A stretch of DNA of 23,539 nucleotides from Halocafeteria seosinensis (lineage: Eukaryota): contig LVLI01000327.1 of assembly GCA_001687465.1 (NCBI GenBank), positions 62,001 through 85,539 on the forward strand. Direction: 5' to 3'. Both the position numbers and the translations under genes were made by a program. Shown here in pieces: positions 1-10,400 of the stretch. How positions within the stretch are numbered: position 1 is the first letter of the stretch; each line of letters begins with the position of its first letter. The notes under the pieces are model-generated. The model worked only from the letters and a program-made list of their open reading frames with translations. It ran no database searches and was not told the DNA's origin.

Positions 1-1
1 G

Positions 2-3000
2 CAAAGGTATCTGAACAAGCGCAGTCGCTTGCCGAAAGCAAGTGTGCGCTATTTTGAAGAAGGGGTCTCTGGCGATCTCAGCAACCAGCTTGATGAGTTG
101 GGGGAAGTAGTCAAATCTTATTCTGAATCTTATCAGGATATGCTGAAACGCCACGGTCTGGATACCAGCAGCAAAAGAGAACAACACGCTAGAGAGCTCA
201 AGGAGCAGAAATCGTTCCTTGACGGCAAGCAATCTGATATTGGAGACAGTGACATGGTGAATCTGTATGATCCGTCGAGTACAGTTGAACGGGCCTCGAG
301 ATACGTTGTCTTGGATACAGATGAGAAACTGTCAGTATTCACTCGCTCAACTGGAGAAGGTTTCGAAGAAATCAATGATCTGCGGGAAAAACTGGGAGCT
401 GTAGGGGCGCTATGGGAAACACGCTATCCCTGGATGGCGGCGCCTATTCTTGGCGGTGCACGCGAGGCGGCGTTATCCATTTATGGATCTGAGGAGTTTC
501 AGTTTTTGGATTCAATCCGCCAAGAAAATGGCATTTATAATCTTGAAAATGAACTATCGGAGTTCCACCTTCGCCAAGGCCCCTTAAGCGCTACAGAAGA
601 GCACCTTTTGGATGCATTGCTTGAGGAACTGAAACAAAGTAACACTATCGAGAGTGTCCTAAGTTTTGGTAGACTCGGTCAACATTATAGAAACATGTTT
701 TTTGAGTCATCTGAGGTGTCGACTAAGAAGATCCAGCAATGGGTGGCACAAATTCGAAGTCAACCGCAAAGTGCAGTTGAAGAAGAAGCTTGGGCCTTGC
801 TGAGTTCCAGACTCCTTGAAGCTTATCGGGAGGCACAAAGTGTAGCGGACAACACAAAAGCTAAGGGTGGCAGGAGTAATGTTTCTACTGCAAAACAGCT
901 TGACGTGATCAAGGAAGCAACAAGAAAATTATCCTCGCTGTCTGAAGTAAAGGGAAATTCTGCAAGTAAGCCGTTTAATGAATCTTCCGTCACTCCGTCC
1001 TCTGCATCTCCGTATTCGGCCGCCATCCTCTCTGAGGATTACTGTGTCCAACGGAACTCGAGCCATGAAGCCGAGATGGAAAATCGCCGTGCCCAACAAG
1101 GCTCATCCAACTTGAACGTGGATACGAGGGCCCTTGTCTCTCCCACTGGAAGCTCAACTAGGATAGACACCATTGATTCCAATGGTGCACAGAACCTGGT
1201 GTTCCAGTCTGTGGTCGATGAACTCGCGAATACCGAAGCATCAGACAAACAGCTTCACGTAGAACAACTTGCTTCGCAAACTGGAGTTAAGGACGACCTT
1301 GATGCAATGCTGTCGGTTGAAGGCGATAGCGCAAATAGTGTTAATGAGGAATCGGCAAGTGCCTCTCCGTACTACGCCCGCGAGAAAGATGTATATAACG
1401 TCCCTCTACAAGCAGCAAACCTCAAAAAATATAGAGAATTAACCTCGGCGACTGCTGCGGGTTACGAAAGCGATGCGTTGCAAGAGGTCAGTCCGGCAAT
1501 GAGAAATTCAATAGATTTATCTGTGTACCACAAACATGAGAGCGATCTCTCGGAAGATGAAAATTCTGTGAGGAACGTCGCCGTGGCTGCAGGACATAGT
1601 TTTGAAACTTCAGGGGTTGCTGCTGCCCGAGACGGGCGACTCTCAAACTCGACTCTTTCTGGGGTGAATAGTTCTTCGAAGAAATTGGAGAAGACACTTG
1701 AAGATGAATGGTTTTCATGGGCGTTGAGACATGGTGCAATTTTCCAAGAACAGCTGGCTAACGTCGCAAGGAAGAGTATGAACATGGAGCCCCTCAAGAA
1801 AGATTCTGAAGTCACGAATAACAAATATTCCGACCTCCTGGCTTCTCAATTCAGTGGGGCAAACAGAAATGACGCCAGTAAGATAATGGACTTGCTGCAG
1901 AAAGCAACAGAGGAACAGGGGCTGCCACTCGACAGAAGGAGGATATTGAAAGCTCTAGAACGAGGCGACATCAAAGGTGCAGCAGAGGAACTGGTTGGGA
2001 CGGAAAGGGCGCCAGGCTTAATAGATCAACTAAATTCATTTCTTCAACCTGTGATTTCAGGCTCAACGACCGCGTCGCATCCGCCTAGTCCCGAGGAGGC
2101 AAATGATGACACTGGTGATCATATCGCGCGTTTGTTTTATTTGGCAAACAACCCCCCTGCGTTACGCCATGCAAGCATTTGGAACGGATACAGAACTGGC
2201 CACCCGTGTAGTCCTTCCAACTGGAATATAGTTAGTCTACTTAGCAACGCGCGTAGGATCGAAGAAATTCCACTTCCCTCAACGTCTAATGAAGTTCCGG
2301 AAACAGTGGACAGTGAGATTAAAGATGACTCATTGAGTCATAGGCTATCAGAAGCTGCAGTCAGAGGGGAGGATGCTACGAATGTAGTGTCAGTGCATGA
2401 GCTTCCGGGGTCCGTGACTGCGCTAGGTAGTACTTCGTCTGCTAGACAATTTTACGCTTCCAAGATTTTACAAGAAGCAATGGATCAGCGCGAAGCTAGC
2501 GACCGAGGAATGGGGATAGGGTCCTTGAAGCAAGAGAAAGAAGCACTTGCTACCTCGTTTGTTGATACCGTTCAACTAGACGATGTAGATGCCGCAGAAG
2601 CGACTACAGACGTAAACTTTGTGCGCTCGGAAGCAGAACGGCGAGTAGTTCAAAGGGCCTACGACATTTCCGGTGTCGCGGGAGCCAATAGCGCTGCTCT
2701 TCACGTGCACTCTAACTATACAGAACATAGTGACGAGGAAGCCTCATCAATAGGTGAACGTCGCACAGATACGGGTGACGTTAATGCGGAAGTCAGAGAG
2801 GACCTTGATGCTATGTCAGCGTCGTTGTTTGGTCACTATAATGCGAAGCAAGTCGCCGGGGCTGTTGACCCATCGCTTGCAGATGGCAAGTATAATCGAT
2901 CCGTAAGCCCGACTACTGGTATAGAGTCAGATGATGAACTATATCATCCCCGGGAAGTGCAGAATGTATTTGGGAAGGATAAGAGCAATATTGCAACTTC

Positions 3001-6000
3001 CATACCAAATATACCAGAAGAATTCCGTGCAACTGATGATAAGGATAACGTTGAGGAAGTTTCCACTCGAAACAATGCGAATGGTAAAGCGCCTGCTGGC
3101 TCGCCGAAATCTCAGAACAATTCGTCAATTTCTCAAGTTTCCGATTTGGGTCGTCCCTATCCTCACCGGGCAGCCGAGGACGCCGCCGAGGAAAGCGATG
3201 GCGAATTGGATGTCGGTGGCTACGCAGAGGGACGCGAAGCTGCACAGGAAGCTGAACTGCTTCACGAAATGGAAACAAGCAGTGGCAACTTAATCAAAGA
3301 AACTGTTGCTGAAATTGCAGATACAAGGGATGGCACTGATACCAAAGTGAAAAAGGCCGGTGCGCAGCTCGGGAAAACATGGGGTAATCCGTATGCTATT
3401 AAAGGATCATCGCTTGACCCTTCCGCGACTTCTAGAGATAGTGAATCTGGTCCTTCCTTACATGACCCGGAAGAATCTACTGAGCACAGTGTGCACGACT
3501 ACAACGAGAAGAAGCTAGCCAGGGCAATGGCGTCTCCAGACGGTCAACGGATATACCAAGCGTTCGACAATGATCATACAGGCGACGCAGGTGTCTCTCA
3601 AGGAGAAAATGAGGCAGCCAAAATGAAGTCACAGCCGTTTGACAACATTTTTGGAAGACATGACCAAGATGTAGCGGCAGATGAGTTATTGAAAGCTGCC
3701 GCGAATAGGGGAGCAGACATTCAATCTGAGCTATATAGAAATGAAATATTCTCGACAGCTACTCAGGGATTTCAAAAGGCTAATGGGGAAAAGATGGTAT
3801 ATGGCTCTGATTCTGATGCCACAAAACGATTCTCCTCCTTGTTACGTTGTAACCCGGAACTTGTAGGGCCTTACCTTCGCGAGCAACTGCGGCAAGACGC
3901 TAGCAGGGCGAAGCTGCTACAAGATTTTACTTCAGAAGATTCGGATAGCCGATCGAAAGGGGATGTTGTTGCTGAGGGTCCAAATGGAGGTGTTGTTTAT
4001 TCCGATTCTTTTAAAGCCGCCATTACTCATGATCCGGAGACAATTGTTCGAGCATTCGGACTTCCTCGTTCAGCACATACTCTCGGGACTGCAGAACGAG
4101 TAGCAGCGCACTATAAGCATAGTGATGAAGGGCGGTTTGCAGTGTCGCATCCCAAGAGCATTGAAGAGATATATCGGCGTTTGCGTGCAGAAGATACTCC
4201 ATTTGCTCACGACACAATACGAGCTCTCGACCGTGCCTCGCCCTTGGCTTTACGAGCAACCCATCACCTGCTAGTTTGGGCTGCTTCACAGCCTTTTGAT
4301 AAAGTTGCCCGAGAGGAATGGCGAGCTACGCGGAACCTGTTACACGACAGAGACTTTCAGGCCTCTATGGAGAGTATTGAGGGAAACATGGATCCGCAGT
4401 GGAAACATAGCAGTGTTGGGGAAGTGACGGCCAACGAGTTATCTCGGGTCTTCTCTCCCTCTGGCCCAGATCTGGAATTGCGCGGACGGAAAAAGCAATT
4501 GAAAGCTACAGCCGAAAAGCGAAAAACCCTGAGGCAGTGGAACAAACAAATGATGAGATATTATGAAAGTGGTTTGGCTCCGGGACCACTGGGAGAAATG
4601 TTCGCCCGCCGATACACTTGGGATTATGAGCTGAACGATCACTTGGAGTTCGCACCCTCTCCTACTGTCTTACCACATCCATATGGTGATTCGGACGAAG
4701 AACGAGAGTTACTTCGGTACACCACGCGTCGGCTAGCAGAGGGACAAACTCCTGAGGAAGGCCCGGACAATAGGGCGTCAAAAGAGCTTGATGAAGACGC
4801 TAGTTCGAAGGAAACAGATTCGGTAACTAAGCGCGTCTCTCAGTGGCATTGCCAGGCACGTGTATCTTCTGCATCTGGCGATGCGAACGGCAGTGACGCT
4901 GGAGGCACGGATAATTTTGTTGAATCGTTGCGTCGCGAAGCACTTGACGACCAGAGACGGCGGCGGAAGACGGCGGCTTCCATGCTCTCGGATGGGTCCG
5001 TAGACCCCCTGCAAGCGATATCAATTGAACATGGGGCACTTTCAGACGATGATGAACGTCTAGATGCCATCAAGTCTGGAGAATGGAAAGAAAGCAGATC
5101 AGCAGGGGACAAAATTTCCCTTGAACGTGACCCTTATACGCTCCAGTGGCGTGCGTCTCGAGGCAAAGGTTATTACAAATTCTATGGGGCGGGAAATAAA
5201 AGAGTTATTCGAGGGGATCCTGCATATGAGGTCGAGGTTGCGGACGAGGACAAACACAGGATTAAAGAGTCAGATATTGATGAGGCGTTATTGAAAGAAG
5301 AAGCAGAAAAGATTCTTCGGAACGAAGGAGCCACCGTTGATCTGGCTACGCAAGCGCGGGAATCTACACATGAGGACGAGAATCAACCGGCCGTCATTGA
5401 TCCCGCATCGTTAGACAAGATCCCCATCAGCGTTCTAGAGAGTCATCAACGTAACATTGCCAAGCTAATTGATGCGGTGAATCGCTCGGATAAAGAGGCA
5501 CTTCGATGGTCCCTTCGCTCCTACTATGATTCTTTCAGTTCTAACGTTACTGAACATACTCAAGACACCCAGTATGACAAGAAGTTTATAGAAGAGGTTA
5601 TGGAAGTCGATTCCCAAGCCGGGCAGCGTCTGGTCGAAGAACAGAATGAGGCAGCGATAGGTTGGCGGAATGCCCCAGACAGCAGTCAGCAGGAACTGGA
5701 ATTTTTGGAAAGTAAGAAGGGTAACTACAGAACCCACGAAGGCCATCTGCTAGGAATGGAGCTTCTTCAAGGTGATCAGCCTTTGTTGGAGGACGATGAC
5801 ATGACTTCGAATATAACTTTACATATGAGGTGTCTCTTGGACAACCCGTCACTTTTGAATCAAGCGGAAGAACTAGGAATTTTTAGAGCAGATAGTCGTG
5901 AGGACGGATCGCTAGAGGTAAAGCCCGGGAGTTTAATTGAGGGCAGCGCCCAGGAAGGGTCAGCTGCTCGCTGGATCATCGACCCTGCAGCTTCAGTCGA

Positions 6001-6184
6001 TGACGATAGTGTCGTCGTATGGAATGATCTCTTCAGTCAAGAAGACGTTGAAGCTGGACGTATTCCCTCCAAAGAAGAGGTTGATTCTAGAGTGCGCCAA
6101 AATGAAGATCCTGACCAGTCATGGCCTGAAGAGATTCAGTGGTACGCAAACGCACTCCGATATCAACTGTCTAGGCGCCAATAA
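2..6184 (+). CDS. 5'-truncated giant (>2060 aa) acidic, largely low-complexity protein containing an enoyl-CoA hydratase/3-hydroxyisobutyryl-CoA hydrolase (HIBCH/Ehd3/mS47) C-terminal subdomain at ~4154-4480
   Basis: The frame is open from position 2 (QRYLNKRSRLPK...) to TAA at 6182-6184, so the TTG 'start' at 29 is an ORF-caller artefact. The segment KSIEEIYRRLRAEDTPFAHDTIRALDRASPLALRATHHLL...EEWRATRNLLHDRDFQASMESIEGNMDPQWKHSSVGEVTANELSRVFSPSGPDLEL follows the HIBCH/ECH_2 C-terminal pattern (SVEEI..L.....FA...L..L...SP.SL..T...L; EY........DF.EG......P.W....L.EV......F). The rest is S/E/D-rich and unrecognised. Confidence 0.8.
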   Translation, partial: QRYLNKRSRLPKASVRYFEEGVSGDLSNQLDELGEVVKSYSESYQDMLKRHGLDTSSKREQHARELKEQKSFLDGKQSDIGDSDMVNLYDPSSTVERASRYVVLDTDEKLSVFTRSTGEGFEEINDLREKLGAVGALWETRYPWMAAPILGGAREAALSIYGSEEFQFLDSIRQENGIYNLENELSEFHLRQGPLSATEEHLLDALLEELKQSNTIESVLSFGRLGQHYRNMFFESSEVSTKKIQQWVAQIRSQPQSAVEEEAWALLSSRLLEAYREAQSVADNTKAKGGRSNVSTAKQLDVIKEATRKLSSLSEVKGNSASKPFNESSVTPSSASPYSAAILSEDYCVQRNSSHEAEMENRRAQQGSSNLNVDTRALVSPTGSSTRIDTIDSNGAQNLVFQSVVDELANTEASDKQLHVEQLASQTGVKDDLDAMLSVEGDSANSVNEESASASPYYAREKDVYNVPLQAANLKKYRELTSATAAGYESDALQEVSPAMRNSIDLSVYHKHESDLSEDENSVRNVAVAAGHSFETSGVAAARDGRLSNSTLSGVNSSSKKLEKTLEDEWFSWALRHGAIFQEQLANVARKSMNMEPLKKDSEVTNNKYSDLLASQFSGANRNDASKIMDLLQKATEEQGLPLDRRRILKALERGDIKGAAEELVGTERAPGLIDQLNSFLQPVISGSTTASHPPSPEEANDDTGDHIARLFYLANNPPALRHASIWNGYRTGHPCSPSNWNIVSLLSNARRIEEIPLPSTSNEVPETVDSEIKDDSLSHRLSEAAVRGEDATNVVSVHELPGSVTALGSTSSARQFYASKILQEAMDQREASDRGMGIGSLKQEKEALATSFVDTVQLDDVDAAEATTDVNFVRSEAERRVVQRAYDISGVAGANSAALHVHSNYTEHSDEEASSIGERRTDTGDVNAEVREDLDAMSASLFGHYNAKQVAGAVDPSLADGKYNRSVSPTTGIESDDELYHPREVQNVFGKDKSNIATSIPNIPEEFRATDDKDNVEEVSTRNNANGKAPAGSPKSQNNSSISQVSDLGRPYPHRAAEDAAEESDGELDVGGYAEGREAAQEAELLHEMETSSGNLIKETVAEIADTRDGTDTKVKKAGAQLGKTWGNPYAIKGSSLDPSATSRDSESGPSLHDPEESTEHSVHDYNEKKLARAMASPDGQRIYQAFDNDHTGDAGVSQGENEAAKMKSQPFDNIFGRHDQDVAADELLKAAANRGADIQSELYRNEIFSTATQGFQKANGEKMVYGSDSDATKRFSSLLRCNPELVGPYLREQLRQDASRAKLLQDFTSEDSDSRSKGDVVAEGPNGGVVYSDSFKAAITHDPETIVRAFGLPRSAHTLGTAERVAAHYKHSDEGRFAVSHPKSIEEIYRRLRAEDTPFAHDTIRALDRASPLALRATHHLLVWAASQPFDKVAREEWRATRNLLHDRDFQASMESIEGNMDPQWKHSSVGEVTANELSRVFSPSGPDLELRGRKKQLKATAEKRKTLRQWNKQMMRYYESGLAPGPLGEMFARRYTWDYELNDHLEFAPSPTVLPHPYGDSDEERELLRYTTRRLAEGQTPEEGPDNRASKELDEDASSKETDSVTKRVSQWHCQARVSSASGDANGSDAGGTDNFVESLRREALDDQRRRRKTAASMLSDGSVDPLQAISIEHGALSDDDERLDAIKSGEWKESRSAGDKISLERDPYTLQWRASRGKGYYKFYGAGNKRVIRGDPAYEVEVADEDKHRIKESDIDEALLKEEAEKILRNEGATVDLATQARESTHEDENQPAVIDPASLDKIPISVLESHQRNIAKLIDAVNRSDKEALRWSLRSYYDSFSSNVTEHTQDTQYDKKFIEEVMEVDSQAGQRLVEEQNEAAIGWRNAPDSSQQELEFLESKKGNYRTHEGHLLGMELLQGDQPLLEDDDMTSNITLHMRCLLDNPSLLNQAEELGIFRADSREDGSLEVKPGSLIEGSAQEGSAARWIIDPAASVDDDSVVVWNDLFSQEDVEAGRIPSKEEVDSRVRQNEDPDQSWPEEIQWYANALRYQLSRRQ

Positions 6185-6251
6185 GGTCGCAAGCGGTTTC
6201 ATAGCGACACACGCGGGCGTTCACACAATGTGGTCGTTGCTGACATGCCTT

Positions 6252-7506
6252 TTATGTCACTTTTTTGGCGTAGTTTTTGAAGCCTGCCCCTACGCAAGAC
6301 GCTATTATCGATTCTGATGAGCCTCCACCTTGACTTGATGCAGTAACATCTGTTTTTTCTTGAACTTTTAGTCGAAATATCACTCCAAAAAATTCACGAA
6401 GTAATTGCAAAGTTGCAAATAGCCGTTTGGCCACATTGGCGTTTAAGCGAACTCTGGAAACATCCTCAGGACTTAACGCCATAAATATAACCATGACTGA
6501 AGCATGACATGAATCAATGCAACCACCACCACTAATTTGCTCCAGCAACAGCTTCGACGCCCAGTGACCTATGTCCTCAGGTGTTTCAGCTCGTCCCGTT
6601 TGAGACACGTATGTAGAACCTTCTACGCGCTGCGACGGTTCGGCGAAGTATTCAACAGATGTTATACACCCACTTGTAGATTCTGCATATAAGCAGCATC
6701 CGAACCCAGGACTGCGCCCTGATTCTTCACCCTTGTTACTATCTGTAAAAATATAAACATCAGGCAAGAATCTATTCAGTAATCCTCGAGCAGAGTCAAC
6801 TATTCGGTTTGATATCTGCGGCGAGACCTTTGTGCTGTAAGCTACTCCCCTGATCCGCTTAATGAAGCCCTCCTCACAGTAGTCAATACTACTCAGTTGA
6901 CGAACTATTGGACAGCTAAAGACTACATGTCCTCCTCCTCGAGGAGGTGCCCCACGTTTTTTTATTACAAGAGAAGCTCCCTCTAATCCAAACATGCGTA
7001 TGTTTGGGATAGTCACATTACGAAGAGTATCGACGCTTAAGTCAAAACTATCGTTGGTGATGCCGTATAAATTAGCTTTGACCGCTTTCTTAGCAAAGGG
7101 GAGAAGATGAATAATGCCTTCAATAAAGTAGCCAATGGACCTGACATTCCCACAATTATGTTCAAAGTTTCCACCAGATATTATACCCGGCTTCATCCGT
7201 ATTCGAGTTCCTGTTTCATTGATATCTATCTGAGTGCCGTTTGTGATCGTGTCGATAAGTCGGAGAAAGGATGCTTCGTGCTCTGCCGACATGAACATCG
7301 AAACTGAAGGCGGAGGGGATCTCGAACTTCAGCCAAGAGCACGTACCTCGTAGACCTGGCTCTTCCTCCTGATCACGTATCTCATCGATTTGTAGTTTTC
7401 TTCCGCTAAGAACAGCGAACGCCACTCGTTGTCGAAAGTCTGCGCAGCCTCTGAATTTCAGCGGCTTGTTGTCGCCGCTGCTTAGAGTGGCTGCTGGTGT
7501 TGTCAT
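6252..7506 (-). CDS. RCL1: RNA 3'-terminal phosphate cyclase-like protein (SSU processome); exons 7506-7347, 7282-6252; 396 aa
   Basis: Motifs LKFRGCADFRQRVAFAVLSGR..I..IR, PGLR|EHEASFLRLID.ITNG, RSIGYFIE, KRGAPPRGGG.V, RIRGVAYS.KVSP...NR.VDSARG, SPGFG, PEDIG and CVG.GF.N. The 64-nt intron 7346-7283 (GTACGT...CAG) joins the two ORF-track pieces in frame. Confidence 0.95.
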
Positions 7507-7858
7507 ACTTTTCCAACGTTTATTCGCCTTCAGGTCTGCACAGAAACCTCTCAGTTACTTTTATTTTTTTATTTACATCGAGTAAGACCGACAATCACTG
7601 GCACAACCACAGACAGACTCGACCTCAATGACATCTGACACCGTGGTTGAAGTTTTCACCTCCTAAGGTCCTCCTTCACAGCTGAAACTAATGATTGGCC
7701 GCTTGACAGCAGATCGTGGGTCGTTATGGACCATGGGCTCTATGAATGCAATGTGCCTTGATCCATTCTGAATATTTACAGTGGAACCGGGCAAGAGATG
7801 CTGGGGCGATGATAAAAGCGTGAAGCAGAAGAAAGAGACGCCGTAAATTGCTAGCACC
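7507..7858. promoter_or_regulatory. Divergent intergenic region, likely bidirectional promoter of RCL1 and XRCC2
   Basis: 352 bp separate the head-to-head ATGs. No specific motif was identified. Confidence 0.45.
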
Positions 7859-9113
7859 ATGCTAGCTCCGCGCTGGCAACCCAGTGCAGCCCGAGGAAGC
7901 GAAAGTACCTCCGTGAATACTCTGCATGAACAGAGTTTGCCGTGTGGCGTCTCTGAGAGTGCATTAGATGCCTTTACCAGAATTTCTTCACGGGGAACTT
8001 GCTGTGGCTTGGATATTCTGGACAAAGTACGTAAGGCTCTTCCTGAGCGAATTTGAATTTAAACCAATGTCACACTTCGTGCTATGTTTGTAGCAGCATG
8101 AACCACATCGAGTAGGACTACCGAGAGAAACCATCCTGGAAATTCTAGGAGACAACGCCAGTGGAAAGTCGATGGTACATAGGGAGCTTAGGGTGTCAAA
8201 TCGTTGACGGCCTCTACTATGTTTGTAAATTGCATCCCAGGTGTTATATAACTACGCGATAGACTTTATTCTGCCAAAGCAGTTTGGGGGACTTGGTACC
8301 CCAGTTATATTTGCCGATATGGGTGTGTTGTGAATGATGTAGCATCTTTTCTATCCGACTCGTGCACACGAACGATATCTTGCAGGATGCACCCTCGAAC
8401 CTCTCTTCCTTACTGAGATAATGGGCAGGAGAATCGTGAATATGCGAAAGCTAAAAACCGATGAAAATATTGAGGAATATAACCAATTCATTGAAAATCA
8501 TATTAAAGAGTCAATGCGGCGTCTTCATATCATGCGCGCACACTCTACAACTGAGCTGGCAGCCGAGCTGCTAAGCTTAAGCTCCGACGAACCTGGCACA
8601 GACTGTAAACCTGCCCTCTCCCAAATAGGGGCCATACTCATTGATGACATAGCCACAACTGTATTACAAGATAAGGCTTCGCAACCTTTCGGGGGACAGA
8701 ACTTGTGGAGAGCTTTCACGCAGCTACTTTCCAAACTATCTGCCGCATGTGGCATGAGCATTCTGTACGCTAAGAACTCTCTTTTTTACAGGTACGGGAA
8801 GCACAGCGATACTGGTATGAGCGGAACGCGAGATACGTTTGCTGTAGCTCAAAAGGCAGTAAATTCCGCAGTGATGGACCATGGTCGATCGAGTGCCACC
8901 AACGCCAAGCGCTTAGAAGAGTACTTGCCACAGGAATGGGCCGAGAATAGTGTAACACACAGGATACTTCTACAAAGACACGAGCATCCAATGGCGAACG
9001 AAAACAATCGATTCCAAGCAAAGCTGATAAAGCCATATTCAGAACGAATGGGAGAGAAACAACAGCGTGAGTGTGAATTCACTATACGGGGAGGTTTAGT
9101 ACTAACGCAATGA
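7859..9113 (+). CDS. XRCC2: RAD51 paralogue XRCC2-like; exons 7859-8026, 8094-8174, 8241-8322, 8386-9113; 352 aa
   Basis: The spliced product has Walker A (ILEILGDNASGKS), the XRCC2-typical 'LY....ILPKQFGGLG.PVIFAD' and Walker B (ILIDD). Three GT-AG introns of 67, 66 and 63 nt keep the frame. Intron 1 has a tandem TAG/CAG acceptor. Confidence 0.85.
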
Positions 9114-9125
9114 AAGAAAAAACAT

Positions 9126-10220
9126 TCATGGGTACCAGTTGAGGTCGACGCCACTCGAGCATATGGTGGCATCTCCTCTGTATTGCTTGATATTGGGACT
9201 CGACCAGCCTCCAAATGGAGTGAAGTCGCCGAAACTCTTCTCTCCATCGTAATGTGCATACCACAAGGGGTAGTGGCTTCCACCGTCCCAGTCACCCATA
9301 ATGGGCTCCCATTGAGACTTGGAGGTATAAACGCCAATTGTCTGGCCCTGATTTTTCAATTCCGAGACGAGGCCATTGAAAAAGTTTCGATTGGCCGATT
9401 TGGAACTCGACCAGTACTGGGATCCTTCGATGTCCAGCCAAACCATCTGCATATCGGGATGATGCTTAAAGCAAGTTGGTGGATAGCGACCGCATCAACG
9501 AGCACACTTACTCCATATGTCTTCGGTGGTGAGTTCTTGTTTGATATCCCATAGTTGGCAAGGTTCTTCAACATTGACTTCACCTGGCCTTCAGGATTGC
9601 CAGACTTGGGAGATGGAAACATGTAGATGTCCACATGCTGCATGGTCTCAAAAATGGGGAAACAATCAAGTCGCCGCTTCGGTTTGCTGCTTTCTCATGA
9701 ATTGACTTACAGACATCCCTCCATCCCAGGCTGTAGTTTATGCGTGTAAAAAAATTCAAACAAGAAGAAAAGGTTACTTGAATTATAGACTATTTGCCAT
9801 TTTGCGTCGATTGGACTAACCATTGTAGATGGTGTGAGGGCAATTCGGGTCTGGGGAATTGGTGGAGCGATAGCACCGTGGAGTTGCGAAGTCCACCCCC
9901 TTTCCTTTCAAACACTTAAAGCTCTGTACCACGTGGTACGAAAGTAAATATACATCGTTAAGAACAAACAAGTACCATCAAAACGTGATTGTATGTAAGA
10001 ATCTCACCTTAACGTAGACATCGGAGCTGAGTTTTGCCAGAGCATGCGCATAAAATAGAAACACAGAAAAAGAGATGAAAGCATCACCCATCTGTATAAA
10101 TTTGCCCAATGGATTGCTTGGTTACCTCATGTCTACTCCGGTCGTAGCCTGCGCGGTGCTAAAAAGCACACCAAGCAGGAACACAACACTGAGATTGTCC
10201 AATGGAGTGAAGCTCTTCAT
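9126..10220 (-). CDS. Secreted GH25 (Lys1-like/protist-type) lysozyme, copy A; exons 10220-10126, 10026-10008, 9923-9821, 9730-9711, 9637-9512, 9446-9126; 227 aa
   Basis: Hydrophobic signal peptide, then GVDMS, F.CLK..G..FA.PRCYRS...DPNC..TI.NAW.GG..VDIYMFP, catalytic WLDIE, GVYTS..QW..I.G, PLWYAHYD...SF.DF.PFGGW..P.IKQY and GVD.NWYP. The 5 GT-AG introns give a 684-nt CDS. Confidence 0.92.
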
Positions 10221-10400
10221 TCTTTGGAGCTACACAGTTTGCCAATTGTTGGGGAGAAGGTTAATGCGTAAGTGTGCAATGGGGTTACGATTACGATGCA
10301 AGTTTTTCAAGACATTGTGTTAGCATTGAGTGTACCTATTCTTCCTCGGAAACACACGGGAGAATCAGGGGATTTCCGCATCTTTGCTTCGAAGTGTGAT

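Noticed and set aside
133..5852. Many 60-121 aa antisense or alternate-frame ORFs within the giant ORF (and similar ones over other genes)
   Set aside because: These are shadow ORFs of real coding sequence with no independent motifs.
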